In this document: one piece after another, positions 27,936 through 35,657 of the stretch
Layout: every line of letters starts with the position of its first letter
How positions within the stretch are numbered: position 1 is the stretch's first letter
DNA from: Candidatus Sysuimicrobium calidum
GTDB taxonomy: Bacteria > Sysuimicrobiota > Sysuimicrobiia > Sysuimicrobiales > Sysuimicrobiaceae
Reading direction: 5' to 3'
DNA: 64,000 nt
Assembly (NCBI GenBank): GCA_031459935.1
Contig: JAVKHN010000001.1
Location: 23,388-87,387, forward strand
Notes under the pieces: model-generated
The model's input: only the letters and a program-made list of their open reading frames with translations
The model's database searches: none
Told to the model about the DNA's origin: nothing
Program-made: the position numbers and the translations under genes

Positions 27936-28775
27936 ATGGAGATCCGGCGGGTGGGGTACATCGGCCTCTACACCCGGAACCTGGACGCGGGGATCCGCTG
28001 GTACCAGGAGATCCTGGGGCTGGAGGTCACTGAGCGGACCGGGGGGACCGCCTGCCTCAGCTGCGACGCCACCCACCACGGGCTGATCCTGTACGAGGGA
28101 GATCCTCCCGGCGCGCACCACTTCGGGTTCGAAGTCCCCGACGAGCGGGCGGTGGAGCAGGCGGATCGGGAGCTCCGGAGCGCCGGCATCGAGACCCGGG
28201 AGGTGATGGTCCCGGGCCAGCAGCGGACCCTCCAGTTCCAGGACCCGGAGGGGTACCGGGTCTGCCTCTACTGCGGCATGCGGCGACGGTACGACCGGAC
28301 ACGGTTCCCCGTGTGGGCGCCCCGGAAGTTCGGGCACATCACCGCGAAGGTGACGGACATCCACCGGCAGGTGGAGTTCTACGAGAAGGTCCTGGGGTTC
28401 CGGGTCTCCGACTGGATGGCCTCGGCGATGGTGTGGATGCGCTGCAGCCCGGACCACCACGGCGTGGCGTGGATCCAGGCCGACCGGGCAAGCCTGCACC
28501 ACCTGGCCTGGGAGGTGCAGGACTGGAGCGCGCTGAGGGCCCTGGCGGACCACCTGCTGAATCAGGGCATCCGGCTCCTGTACGGACCCGGCCGGCACGG
28601 TCCGGGGTTCAACCTGTTCATGTACGTGCGCAACCTGGACGGGGTCCTCAACGAGCTCTTCACGGACATGCTCCAGATCTGGAACGACGACGAATACACG
28701 CCGCGCATCTGGGAGGATTGCCCCGAGACCATCAACCAGTGGGGACCGGCTCCGCCTCCGGAGTTCCTGGAGTAG
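27936..28775 (+). CDS. VOC superfamily protein (two glyoxalase/extradiol-dioxygenase-like domains; catechol 2,3-dioxygenase-like)
   Basis: Two tandem VOC-like halves (YIGLYTRNLDAGIRWYQEILGL... and FGHITAKVTDIHRQVEFYEKVLGF...). RBS AGGAGGGAGGG. Confidence 0.62.
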   Translation: MEIRRVGYIGLYTRNLDAGIRWYQEILGLEVTERTGGTACLSCDATHHGLILYEGDPPGAHHFGFEVPDERAVEQADRELRSAGIETREVMVPGQQRTLQFQDPEGYRVCLYCGMRRRYDRTRFPVWAPRKFGHITAKVTDIHRQVEFYEKVLGFRVSDWMASAMVWMRCSPDHHGVAWIQADRASLHHLAWEVQDWSALRALADHLLNQGIRLLYGPGRHGPGFNLFMYVRNLDGVLNELFTDMLQIWNDDEYTPRIWEDCPETINQWGPAPPPEFLE

Positions 28776-28890
28776 CCGCTCTCGGCGGGAGGAAAGGCCA
28801 AGGGGAGCCGGACACGGGGGGAGGATCGGCGAGCTCCGTGGCGTACAGCTCGAATGCGGAATCCCATCTCTCGGTTGGAGGAGGTTTCGC

Positions 28891-29847
28891 ATGTGGCTTG
28901 TGACCTTTGACAGCCCCCTGGGGCCGCGCCTGGGGATCGTGGAGGGATCAGAGGTGGTTGACGCGAACGCCGCGTACGCGGCCTACCTGCGCGCACAGGG
29001 GGTTTCGGACGCGGTGGAGCGGGCAGGGTGGGAAGTCCCTCCGCGGGCCAGGGACTTCCTCGCCCGGTGGCCGGAAGTTGCGGAGCGGGTGAAACCCGCG
29101 GTGGAGTATGCCCTCGCCCACCGGGATCCCTGGACCGTGATTCCCCTGGAGCGGGTGCGGCTGCTTCCGCCCGTTCCGGATCCGGGCAAGGTGATCTGCC
29201 TTGGCCTCAACTACCGGGACCACGCGGAGGAGGCGCGGCAGCCCCTCCCGAAGGCCCCGGTGCTGTTCTGCAAGTTCCCCACCACCTTGATCGGGCATGA
29301 GGAGCCCATCCGGATCACCCGGCTGAGCGACCAGGTGGACTACGAGGCGGAGCTGGCGGTGGTGGTGGGCCGGGCGGGCCGGTATGTCCCTGAGGAGGAG
29401 GCCATGCGGTGCGTGGCCGGCTACAGTCTGCTCAACGACGTCAGCGTGCGGGATTACCAGCGGGCGGTGAGCCAGTGGACCGCGGGCAAGAACTTCTACC
29501 GGTCCACCCCCTTCGGCCCGTGGATCGTCACCGCGGACGAGATCCCGGACCCGCACGACCTGGAGCTGGAGCTCCGGTTGAACGGGGAGGTGATGCAGCG
29601 GGCCCGGACCTCAGAGATGATCTTCTCGATCCCCCGGATCGTCTCCTTCGTATCCCAGACCTGCGGGATCGAACCCGGGGACGTCATCGCCACGGGAACG
29701 CCTGCGGGGGTGGGGTTCGTCCGCAACCCACCGGTGTTCCTGCGACCGGGGGACCGGGTGGTGGTTCGGGCCTCGCGGATCGGAGAGCTGGCGAATCCGG
29801 TCGTCCGGGAGGAGGAACGGACCGATGGCGCCTGGCGCGGGAGCTAG
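28891..29847 (+). CDS. Fumarylacetoacetate hydrolase (FAH) family protein (2-keto-4-pentenoate hydratase / HpaG-MhpD-like)
   Basis: 318 aa with FAH-fold motifs (VICLGLNYRDHAEE..., DYEAELAVVVG, LLNDVSVRD). Confidence 0.8.
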   Translation: MWLVTFDSPLGPRLGIVEGSEVVDANAAYAAYLRAQGVSDAVERAGWEVPPRARDFLARWPEVAERVKPAVEYALAHRDPWTVIPLERVRLLPPVPDPGKVICLGLNYRDHAEEARQPLPKAPVLFCKFPTTLIGHEEPIRITRLSDQVDYEAELAVVVGRAGRYVPEEEAMRCVAGYSLLNDVSVRDYQRAVSQWTAGKNFYRSTPFGPWIVTADEIPDPHDLELELRLNGEVMQRARTSEMIFSIPRIVSFVSQTCGIEPGDVIATGTPAGVGFVRNPPVFLRPGDRVVVRASRIGELANPVVREEERTDGAWRGS

Positions 29848-30215
29848 GGATTCGGATCAGCGTGCACGTGGGCGTGAGAATCTGTGGCATGTTCTCCCAG
29901 ATGAGGTCTGTGATGAGCCTGCAGCGGGCCCTGATCCATGACGCCGTCTGGCGGGAGAACAGGCGCTGCGGAGGCTTCTCACGGCGCGGGGCGTGGTAGA
30001 GCTGGTCACCATCGAAGGGACACTGGCGGTGGGACTGGACCATAAGATTGGCACCTTAATGCCGGACAAAGAAGCGAGCCTCATCGTGCTGCAGGCGGAT
30101 CCCATCAACGTGATCCCTGTGAATAGCGTGTACGGCGCCGTGGTGCCCACCATGGACACCAGCAACGTGGAGTAGGTGTTCGTGGCCAAATCCGGGTTCC
30201 GGCTTCCGGAGGGGG
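29833..30215 (+). pseudogene. Degraded fragment of a paralog of the 9941-11284 amidohydrolase (internal deletion, frameshift, stops)
   Basis: Fragments LARELGIRISVHVGV, MFSQMRSVMSLQ and VTIEGTLAVGLDHKIGTLMPDKEASLIVLQADPINVIPVNSVYGAVVPTMDTSNVE-stop-VFVAKSGFRLPE align with LARELDARITTHVGVG, DMFTQMRSAISLQ and ATIEGARANGLDHKVGTLTPGKEADIILLRTDRPNIFPVNDPIGAVVWGMDTSNVD...VVSKSGFRLPE of the intact gene. Confidence 0.6.
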
Positions 30216-30225
30216 GTGAAGGCGG

Positions 30226-31239
30226 ATGCGGGTTCAAAGGCAATTGCCGCGGGGAATCGGAAACTACCTAGGCGGCGCGGCGGTCAGGGCCATTGTCCTG
30301 CTCATCGTCCTGCTCCTGCTGGCCGCGGAGGACCGGGGGGGCGTTGCCGGGCCTGCCCGGCGGCTTTCGATCGCCACCGGCGCGAGCGGGAGCGTGTACT
30401 TCGTCCTGGGGGCGGGGCTCGCCCGGCTCCTCTCCCACTCCCTCCCGGGCGTGCACGCCACCGCGGAAGTCACGCCCGGCGGCGTGGCCAACATGCACCT
30501 CCTCGCGGGTGGCCGGGCGGACCTCGCGTTTGCCCCGTACGATACGGCCTACGAGGCTTGGCGGGGGGTGGGAGAGTTTACCGGGAAGGCTGTGCCCCTC
30601 CGCATCCTGGCTCCGCTGTACGATAACTACCACCAATTGGTGACTCTGGAGGAAACCGGAATCCGTCGCCTGCAGGACCTCCGCGGCCGGCGGGTCTCCG
30701 TCGGAGGCCCCGCGAGCGCCACGGAGTTCACCACCCTTCGCATCCTGCAGGCCGCCGGGCTCCACCCCGACCGGGACATCCACAAGGAACGGCTCACCGT
30801 GGTGCCCGCATCGGATGCTCTGCGGGACCGAAAGATCGATGCCTTCTTCTTCCAGAGCGGTGTTCCCACACCCGCCATCCTGGAGCTCGCAAGCCTCGCG
30901 CGGATCCGACTGGTGCCACTGGAGGACGTCCTGAGCCCCCTGCGGGCGCGATACGGGGAACTCTATTTCCGCATCGTCATCTCGAAGGTGGTGTACCCCG
31001 GGATGACGGAAGACGTGCCGGTGGTGGGGGTTCGAAACTTGCTAGTGGTGCACCGGACCTTCCTCGAGGATCTGGCCTACGCGATCGTCCGGCTGATCTT
31101 CGAGCGAAGGTCGGAGTTGGAAGCGGTGCACCGGGAGGCGCGCGGAATCTCGCTGCTACGGGTGCGGGCCGGGGAGGCGATTCCGTTCCATCCCGGCGCG
31201 GTCCGGTACTTCCGGGAGCGGGGCGTTCCGGGGTTCTAG
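30226..31239 (+). CDS. TRAP transporter solute-binding protein, TAXI family (orphan; no adjacent permease)
   Basis: 337-aa paralog of the 6212-7207 protein, sharing motifs such as G..VSVG.P.S and IDAFFF. Confidence 0.7.
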   Translation: MRVQRQLPRGIGNYLGGAAVRAIVLLIVLLLLAAEDRGGVAGPARRLSIATGASGSVYFVLGAGLARLLSHSLPGVHATAEVTPGGVANMHLLAGGRADLAFAPYDTAYEAWRGVGEFTGKAVPLRILAPLYDNYHQLVTLEETGIRRLQDLRGRRVSVGGPASATEFTTLRILQAAGLHPDRDIHKERLTVVPASDALRDRKIDAFFFQSGVPTPAILELASLARIRLVPLEDVLSPLRARYGELYFRIVISKVVYPGMTEDVPVVGVRNLLVVHRTFLEDLAYAIVRLIFERRSELEAVHREARGISLLRVRAGEAIPFHPGAVRYFRERGVPGF

Positions 31240-31264
31240 GCGAAGAGGCGAAGGGAGGAGCGAG

Positions 31265-32290
31265 ATGCGGGAGGTTCAGGGAAACCGGAGCTGGGTGATG
31301 CTCACCGTTGTCTTCTTGTGCATGCTGGCGACTCTCCTGGGGTCTTCCGGGGCCAGCTCTCAGCCCAGACCCCGGGTTCGAGTGATTACCTTTGCGGGTG
31401 GGTTTAACCTGCCCATCTGGGTGGCGCTGGAGAAGGGCTTCTTCGCACGCCAGGGGGTGGACGTGGAGCTCACGTACACCCCTGGGTCGGTCTTCCAGAT
31501 GACCCGACTCATCGCGGGGGAGTTCGACATCGCGCACACTGCGATCGACAACGTCATCGCGTACGACGAGGGGCAGGGAGAGGTCCGGGTGGAGGGACAG
31601 CCGGACCTCATCGCGTTCATGGGCGGCGACAACGGATTCCTGCGGCTGGTGGTCGTTCCCTCCGTGCGCAGCTATGCAGACCTCCGGGGCAAAGAGCTCT
31701 CCGTGGACGCGCTCACCACGGGATACGCGTTCGTGCTGCGGAGGATGCTAGAGCTCCGGGGACTGCGAGAGGGGGAGTACCAGCTGGTCTCCGTGGGGGG
31801 TGTTCTCCAGCGGTGGGAGGCCCTGCGGCAGGGGAAGCACGCGGGAACGCTCTTGATCACGCCCTTCGACCTGATCGCTCGGCGCGCGGGATTCCGGGTC
31901 CTCGACCACGCAGTGGATGTGTTGGAGCGGTACCAGGGGTTGGTGGGTGCTACGCGCAGGAGCTGGGCACGGGACCACGCAGAGGAGCTCGTCGCCTACA
32001 TCCGTGGCTACCTGGCGGGACTCGCTTGGCTCTACGACCCTGTGAACCGGGAGGAGGGAAGCTCTCTCCTCGCGCGGCGGGCGGGCATGGATCCGGACCT
32101 CGCTCGAGAGGCCTTTGACGTGCTCGTGGATCCGATCGGCGGGTTCTCGCCGGGTGCCGCGGTGGACCTCAAAGGTGTGCGCACCGTGCTTGAGCTGCGG
32201 AGCCGGTACGGACAGCCCCAGAAGTTCCTTTCGCAGCCGCTCCGGTACATCAACCTCTTTTACTACCGGCGGGCGGCCGGAGCGGAGTGA
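31265..32290 (+). CDS. ABC-type substrate-binding protein, NMT1/THI5/SsuA-like (nitrate/sulfonate/bicarbonate family), orphan
   Basis: 341 aa with signal peptide and type-II periplasmic binding fold features. No cognate permease or ATPase adjacent. Confidence 0.55.
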   Translation: MREVQGNRSWVMLTVVFLCMLATLLGSSGASSQPRPRVRVITFAGGFNLPIWVALEKGFFARQGVDVELTYTPGSVFQMTRLIAGEFDIAHTAIDNVIAYDEGQGEVRVEGQPDLIAFMGGDNGFLRLVVVPSVRSYADLRGKELSVDALTTGYAFVLRRMLELRGLREGEYQLVSVGGVLQRWEALRQGKHAGTLLITPFDLIARRAGFRVLDHAVDVLERYQGLVGATRRSWARDHAEELVAYIRGYLAGLAWLYDPVNREEGSSLLARRAGMDPDLAREAFDVLVDPIGGFSPGAAVDLKGVRTVLELRSRYGQPQKFLSQPLRYINLFYYRRAAGAE

Positions 32291-32300
32291 GGAGGGCGAG

Positions 32301-32774
32301 ATGGAGAACCGGGGAATCCCTGTCTTTCCGGACCACCCTCTCCGCGGGAAGGTCCGGATGCCGTACGCGCCCGCGGTGGTGCTCCCGCCGGGAGCGGCCC
32401 TCGTGGTGATCTCGGGGTGCCACGCCTCTCCCGTCTACCACCACCATCCCCACATCCCGGAGGAGCATGTGCTGCCGGCTTCCATGCGGGAGCAGGCCCG
32501 GCGGGCCTTCGAGAACGTCCAGCTCTCGCTTTCAGCCCTGGGACTCGGCTGGCGGCACGTGGTCAAGATCACGCGGTACCTCACGGACATCCGGGAGCAG
32601 GACGAGCTCAACGAGGTGCAACGGGAGTTCCTGGGGGACCACGCTGTGGCCAGCACCACGGTCCAGGTCTCCGCCCTCGTGATCCCTGAAGCCCGGGTGG
32701 AGATCGAGGTGCTGGCCGCAGGGCCCCCGGAGCTCGTGGAGCGGGCCCGGGCCCTTTCCTCTCCCTTCGGCTAG
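32301..32774 (+). CDS. RidA/YjgF/TdcF (Rid) family protein
   Basis: 157 aa with Rid-family C-terminal pattern (VKITRYLTDI...EVQREF...PASTTVQVSAL). RBS GAGGAGGG. Confidence 0.68.
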   Translation: MENRGIPVFPDHPLRGKVRMPYAPAVVLPPGAALVVISGCHASPVYHHHPHIPEEHVLPASMREQARRAFENVQLSLSALGLGWRHVVKITRYLTDIREQDELNEVQREFLGDHAVASTTVQVSALVIPEARVEIEVLAAGPPELVERARALSSPFG

Positions 32775-32897
32775 GAGGTGGGACCTGTGTGCTGGGGCTT
32801 GGAGTTCTGCGTTCCGCTCCTCCGGGTCCATGCGGCTCCGCCGTCCGTGCAATCCGAGCCCGAGCTCTGGGAGCGCGTGCGGGAAGAGGCCACGGAG

Positions 32898-33758
32898 GGG
32901 ATGATCGACTTCCACGTGCACACCCTTCCGGACACCTTCGATCGCACCGTGGATGCGGTGGAGGCAGCCCGGACCGCCCGCGCACTCGGCATGCGGGCCA
33001 TCGTGCTGAAGGGCGGGGCCTTCGAGACGGTGACCCGCGCGGCGCAGGCCAACGCGGAGGTGGGCGGAGGGATCCGGGTGTTCGGGGGCGTGGTGCTCAA
33101 CTGGCCCATGGGCGGGCTGAACCCCGCGGCCGTGGAGGCCATGGTGGCCTTCCGGGGAGGAGGGGCAGAGGGCGTGGGGAAGGTGGTGTGGATGCCCAGC
33201 ATCCACGCCCGCAACCACCACGAGCGGTTCGGGATTCCCAGGCCGGGGGTGGAGGTCTTCGATGGAACCCGGCTGCTGCCCGCAGCTCAGGAGATCCTCC
33301 GGTTGTGTGCGGAGTGGGATCTCGTGCTCCAGACCGGGCACCTCTCCGCGCAGGAGGCCCTGGCCCTGATCCGGGAGGCCCGGGCGATGGGCGTGCAGCG
33401 GATCGTGTGCACCCACGCGGACTACGACCCCATCAACATGACCATCGAGGAGCAGCGGGAGGCGGCCCGCCTCGGCGCCTACATCGAGCACGCGTACTGC
33501 GGGGTCTTCCTCGGACCGGACTCCCCCGCGGAGCGCTTCCGGTCTTGGCGGGGCGTCTCTGTGGAGCAGATGGCTGCGGCCATCAAGGCGGTGGGTGCCG
33601 AGCGGTGCATCCTCTCCAGTGACCTCGGGGCCTCCCCCCTCCCGCAGCCGGCGGAGGGGTACTGGGCGTTCGTGCGCCAGCTCCGGGCCCTGGGGATCAC
33701 CGACCGCCAGCTGGACTGGATGGGCCGCCGGAACCCCGCGGCGCTTCTGGGGCTGTGA
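32898..33758 (+). CDS. TIM-barrel metal-dependent hydrolase, Amidohydro_2-like (ACMSD/LigI-type)
   Basis: MIDFHVHT N-terminal HxH and later VCTHADY / ILSSDLG metal-ligand-like motifs. Start uncertain; the ORF track begins at 32778. Confidence 0.5.
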   Translation, partial: GMIDFHVHTLPDTFDRTVDAVEAARTARALGMRAIVLKGGAFETVTRAAQANAEVGGGIRVFGGVVLNWPMGGLNPAAVEAMVAFRGGGAEGVGKVVWMPSIHARNHHERFGIPRPGVEVFDGTRLLPAAQEILRLCAEWDLVLQTGHLSAQEALALIREARAMGVQRIVCTHADYDPINMTIEEQREAARLGAYIEHAYCGVFLGPDSPAERFRSWRGVSVEQMAAAIKAVGAERCILSSDLGASPLPQPAEGYWAFVRQLRALGITDRQLDWMGRRNPAALLGL

Positions 33759-33789
33759 GGAGAGACGGAGAACTTCTTGGGGGGAGAAC

Positions 33790-35508
33790 ATGGATACGCG
33801 GCACGGGTTTGGGCGGACCTTTTCCCGCAGGGAGTTCCTGAGGTTCGGGTTCCTCGCGGGCATGGCGTCTGTCGGGCGGTGGGACGCGGCCCGGACGGCG
33901 GACTCCCGTGGGGAGGCCCGGGGGCAGAGGGTCCCCGCTCCTCGGGATCTCCTCCTATTCAACGGGAGGATCTACACCATGGATCCCCGCAACCCGCGGG
34001 CCTCCGTGGTGCTGATCCAGGGCGGCCGCATCGCGTACGTGGGAAACGCCCTCCCGGCCCGGGGTCTGGGAGCCCGGCAGGTTGACCTCGGGGGGCGGGC
34101 CGTCATCCCCGGGATCATCGACAACCACAACCACATCGCCCTCCTGGCAAACCGCCCCGGATACCACACGCCGCTGGAGAACTGCACCTCGATCCGGGAG
34201 GTCCAGGAAACCCTCGCGGCCCGGGCTGTCTCGGCCCCTCCCGGGGCGTTCCTCACCACCATCGGCGGATTCCACTTCAACCAGTTTACGGAACGCCGCC
34301 TGCCCACACGGCGGGAGCTGGACGAGGCGGTGCCGCGCCACCCGGTGTACCTCTCCATCGGGTTCAGCGGACCCTCGGTGACGAACTCCCTGGGGCAGCG
34401 CTTCTTCTCGGAGCGGGGGATCCCCGTGCGCGAGGACGGGGCCATCGCCGCAGGGGAGGCCTCAAACCGGGCCCTGCTCGTTCTGCGCCGGGAGCTGCTG
34501 AACCCGGAGGAGCGCAGGCGGGGTGCCCTGGACGCCCTCCGGTACGGCCTCAGCCTCGGGGTGACCACCCACCTGGACCAGGGAGCCTTTCAGGCCACGA
34601 ACACCCCCCAGGATGGAGCCGCGCACGAGGACAACTTCACCATGCACCGGCCCTTCCTCGAGCTGCACGCGGAGGGAAAGCTCCCGGCCCGGATCCGGAT
34701 CAACTTCCTCCACACCGACCTCTCCCCGGAGGTCCCCACCCTGCGGGGACGGCTGCGCAACAGCTTTCCCCACTTCGGGGACGAGTGGGTGCGCACCGTG
34801 GGGATCGGGGAGTTCACCGCGGGGGATCCCTTCGAGCTGTTTGCCCACGCGGAGCCCAGTGAAGCCTGGCGGGTGGGGACCCGCTTGGTGGCCGCGGCGG
34901 GCTGGCGCAACGAGAACCACTCCCTCACCCGGACAGACTACCAGGCCATCATCCGGGGCTGGGAGGAGGTGGATCGGGAGTTCCCCATCGGAGGGCTGCG
35001 CTGGGTCCTCGCGCACGTCCCCTTCATCACCCGGGAGTGGGTGGAGCGGTTGAAGGCCCTGGGCGGCGGTCTCTCCCTCACCGGGTGGCGGTATCTCGCG
35101 GGCACCCGGGAGGCGAACGGACCCCCGTTTCGCATGATCGTGGAAAGCGGAATCCCCGTGGGGCTGAGCTCGGACGGCATGCAGATCGCGCCCATGAACC
35201 CGTGGCTGCACATCTACTACGCCACCACCGGCGTCAACGCCCGCGGAGAGCCCATCAACGAGGAGCAGCGGATCTCCCGCGAGGAGGCCCTACGCCTGTA
35301 TACCCGAGCCAACGGGTGGTTCCTGCGGGAGGAGGAGCACCTCGGGAGCCTCGAGGTGGGGAAGTGGGCGGACCTGGTGGTGCTCAACCTGGATCCGTTC
35401 CAGGTCCCGGACGAAGGGCTCAAGCGCATCCGGAGCCTGCTCACCCTGGTGGGGGGGAGGGTCGTCCACGACGAGGGCCTGCTTCGAATCCCCCACCCGG
35501 AACGGTAG
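33790..35508 (+). CDS. Amidohydrolase 3 family metal-dependent hydrolase with twin-arginine (Tat) signal peptide
   Basis: SRREFLRFGFLAGMASVG Tat motif; PGIIDNHNHIAL HxH motif; about 570 aa. The ORF-track start at 33595 is a read-through artefact. Confidence 0.72.
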   Translation: MDTRHGFGRTFSRREFLRFGFLAGMASVGRWDAARTADSRGEARGQRVPAPRDLLLFNGRIYTMDPRNPRASVVLIQGGRIAYVGNALPARGLGARQVDLGGRAVIPGIIDNHNHIALLANRPGYHTPLENCTSIREVQETLAARAVSAPPGAFLTTIGGFHFNQFTERRLPTRRELDEAVPRHPVYLSIGFSGPSVTNSLGQRFFSERGIPVREDGAIAAGEASNRALLVLRRELLNPEERRRGALDALRYGLSLGVTTHLDQGAFQATNTPQDGAAHEDNFTMHRPFLELHAEGKLPARIRINFLHTDLSPEVPTLRGRLRNSFPHFGDEWVRTVGIGEFTAGDPFELFAHAEPSEAWRVGTRLVAAAGWRNENHSLTRTDYQAIIRGWEEVDREFPIGGLRWVLAHVPFITREWVERLKALGGGLSLTGWRYLAGTREANGPPFRMIVESGIPVGLSSDGMQIAPMNPWLHIYYATTGVNARGEPINEEQRISREEALRLYTRANGWFLREEEHLGSLEVGKWADLVVLNLDPFQVPDEGLKRIRSLLTLVGGRVVHDEGLLRIPHPER

Positions 35509-35545
35509 CCCCCACCTGTCCTCCCACTCCGGCCCAGGGTGTCCG

Positions 35546-35640
35546 AAAGCCGAACTTTCCCTGCGAGGTCTCCTTTACCCAGCGAGCATTCGTGGCTATG
35601 ATGGGGCCGGATCGCGGAAGATCTCCACAAATCCCGAACG
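35546..35640 (+). promoter_or_regulatory. purD upstream region: two PurBox-like CCGAAC motifs flanking a candidate sigma70 promoter (TTACCC-N16-TATGAT at 35575-35602)
   Basis: AAAGCCGAACTTT at 35546-35558 and AAATCCCGAACGG at 35628-35640, matching the B. subtilis PurR PurBox core (AWWWCCGAACWWT) apart from one G at a W position in box 1 and a less complete fit in box 2. Confidence 0.3.
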
Positions 35641-35657
35641 GTTGAGGGTTACCCGGC

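Noticed and set aside
32778-32897. Start of the Amidohydro_2-like gene at GTG 32778 as given by the ORF track.
   Set aside because: That GTG sits inside the upstream Shine-Dalgarno and stop with no spacer. A start at ATG 32898 (MIDFHVHT) fits the family N-terminus better, though it remains uncertain.
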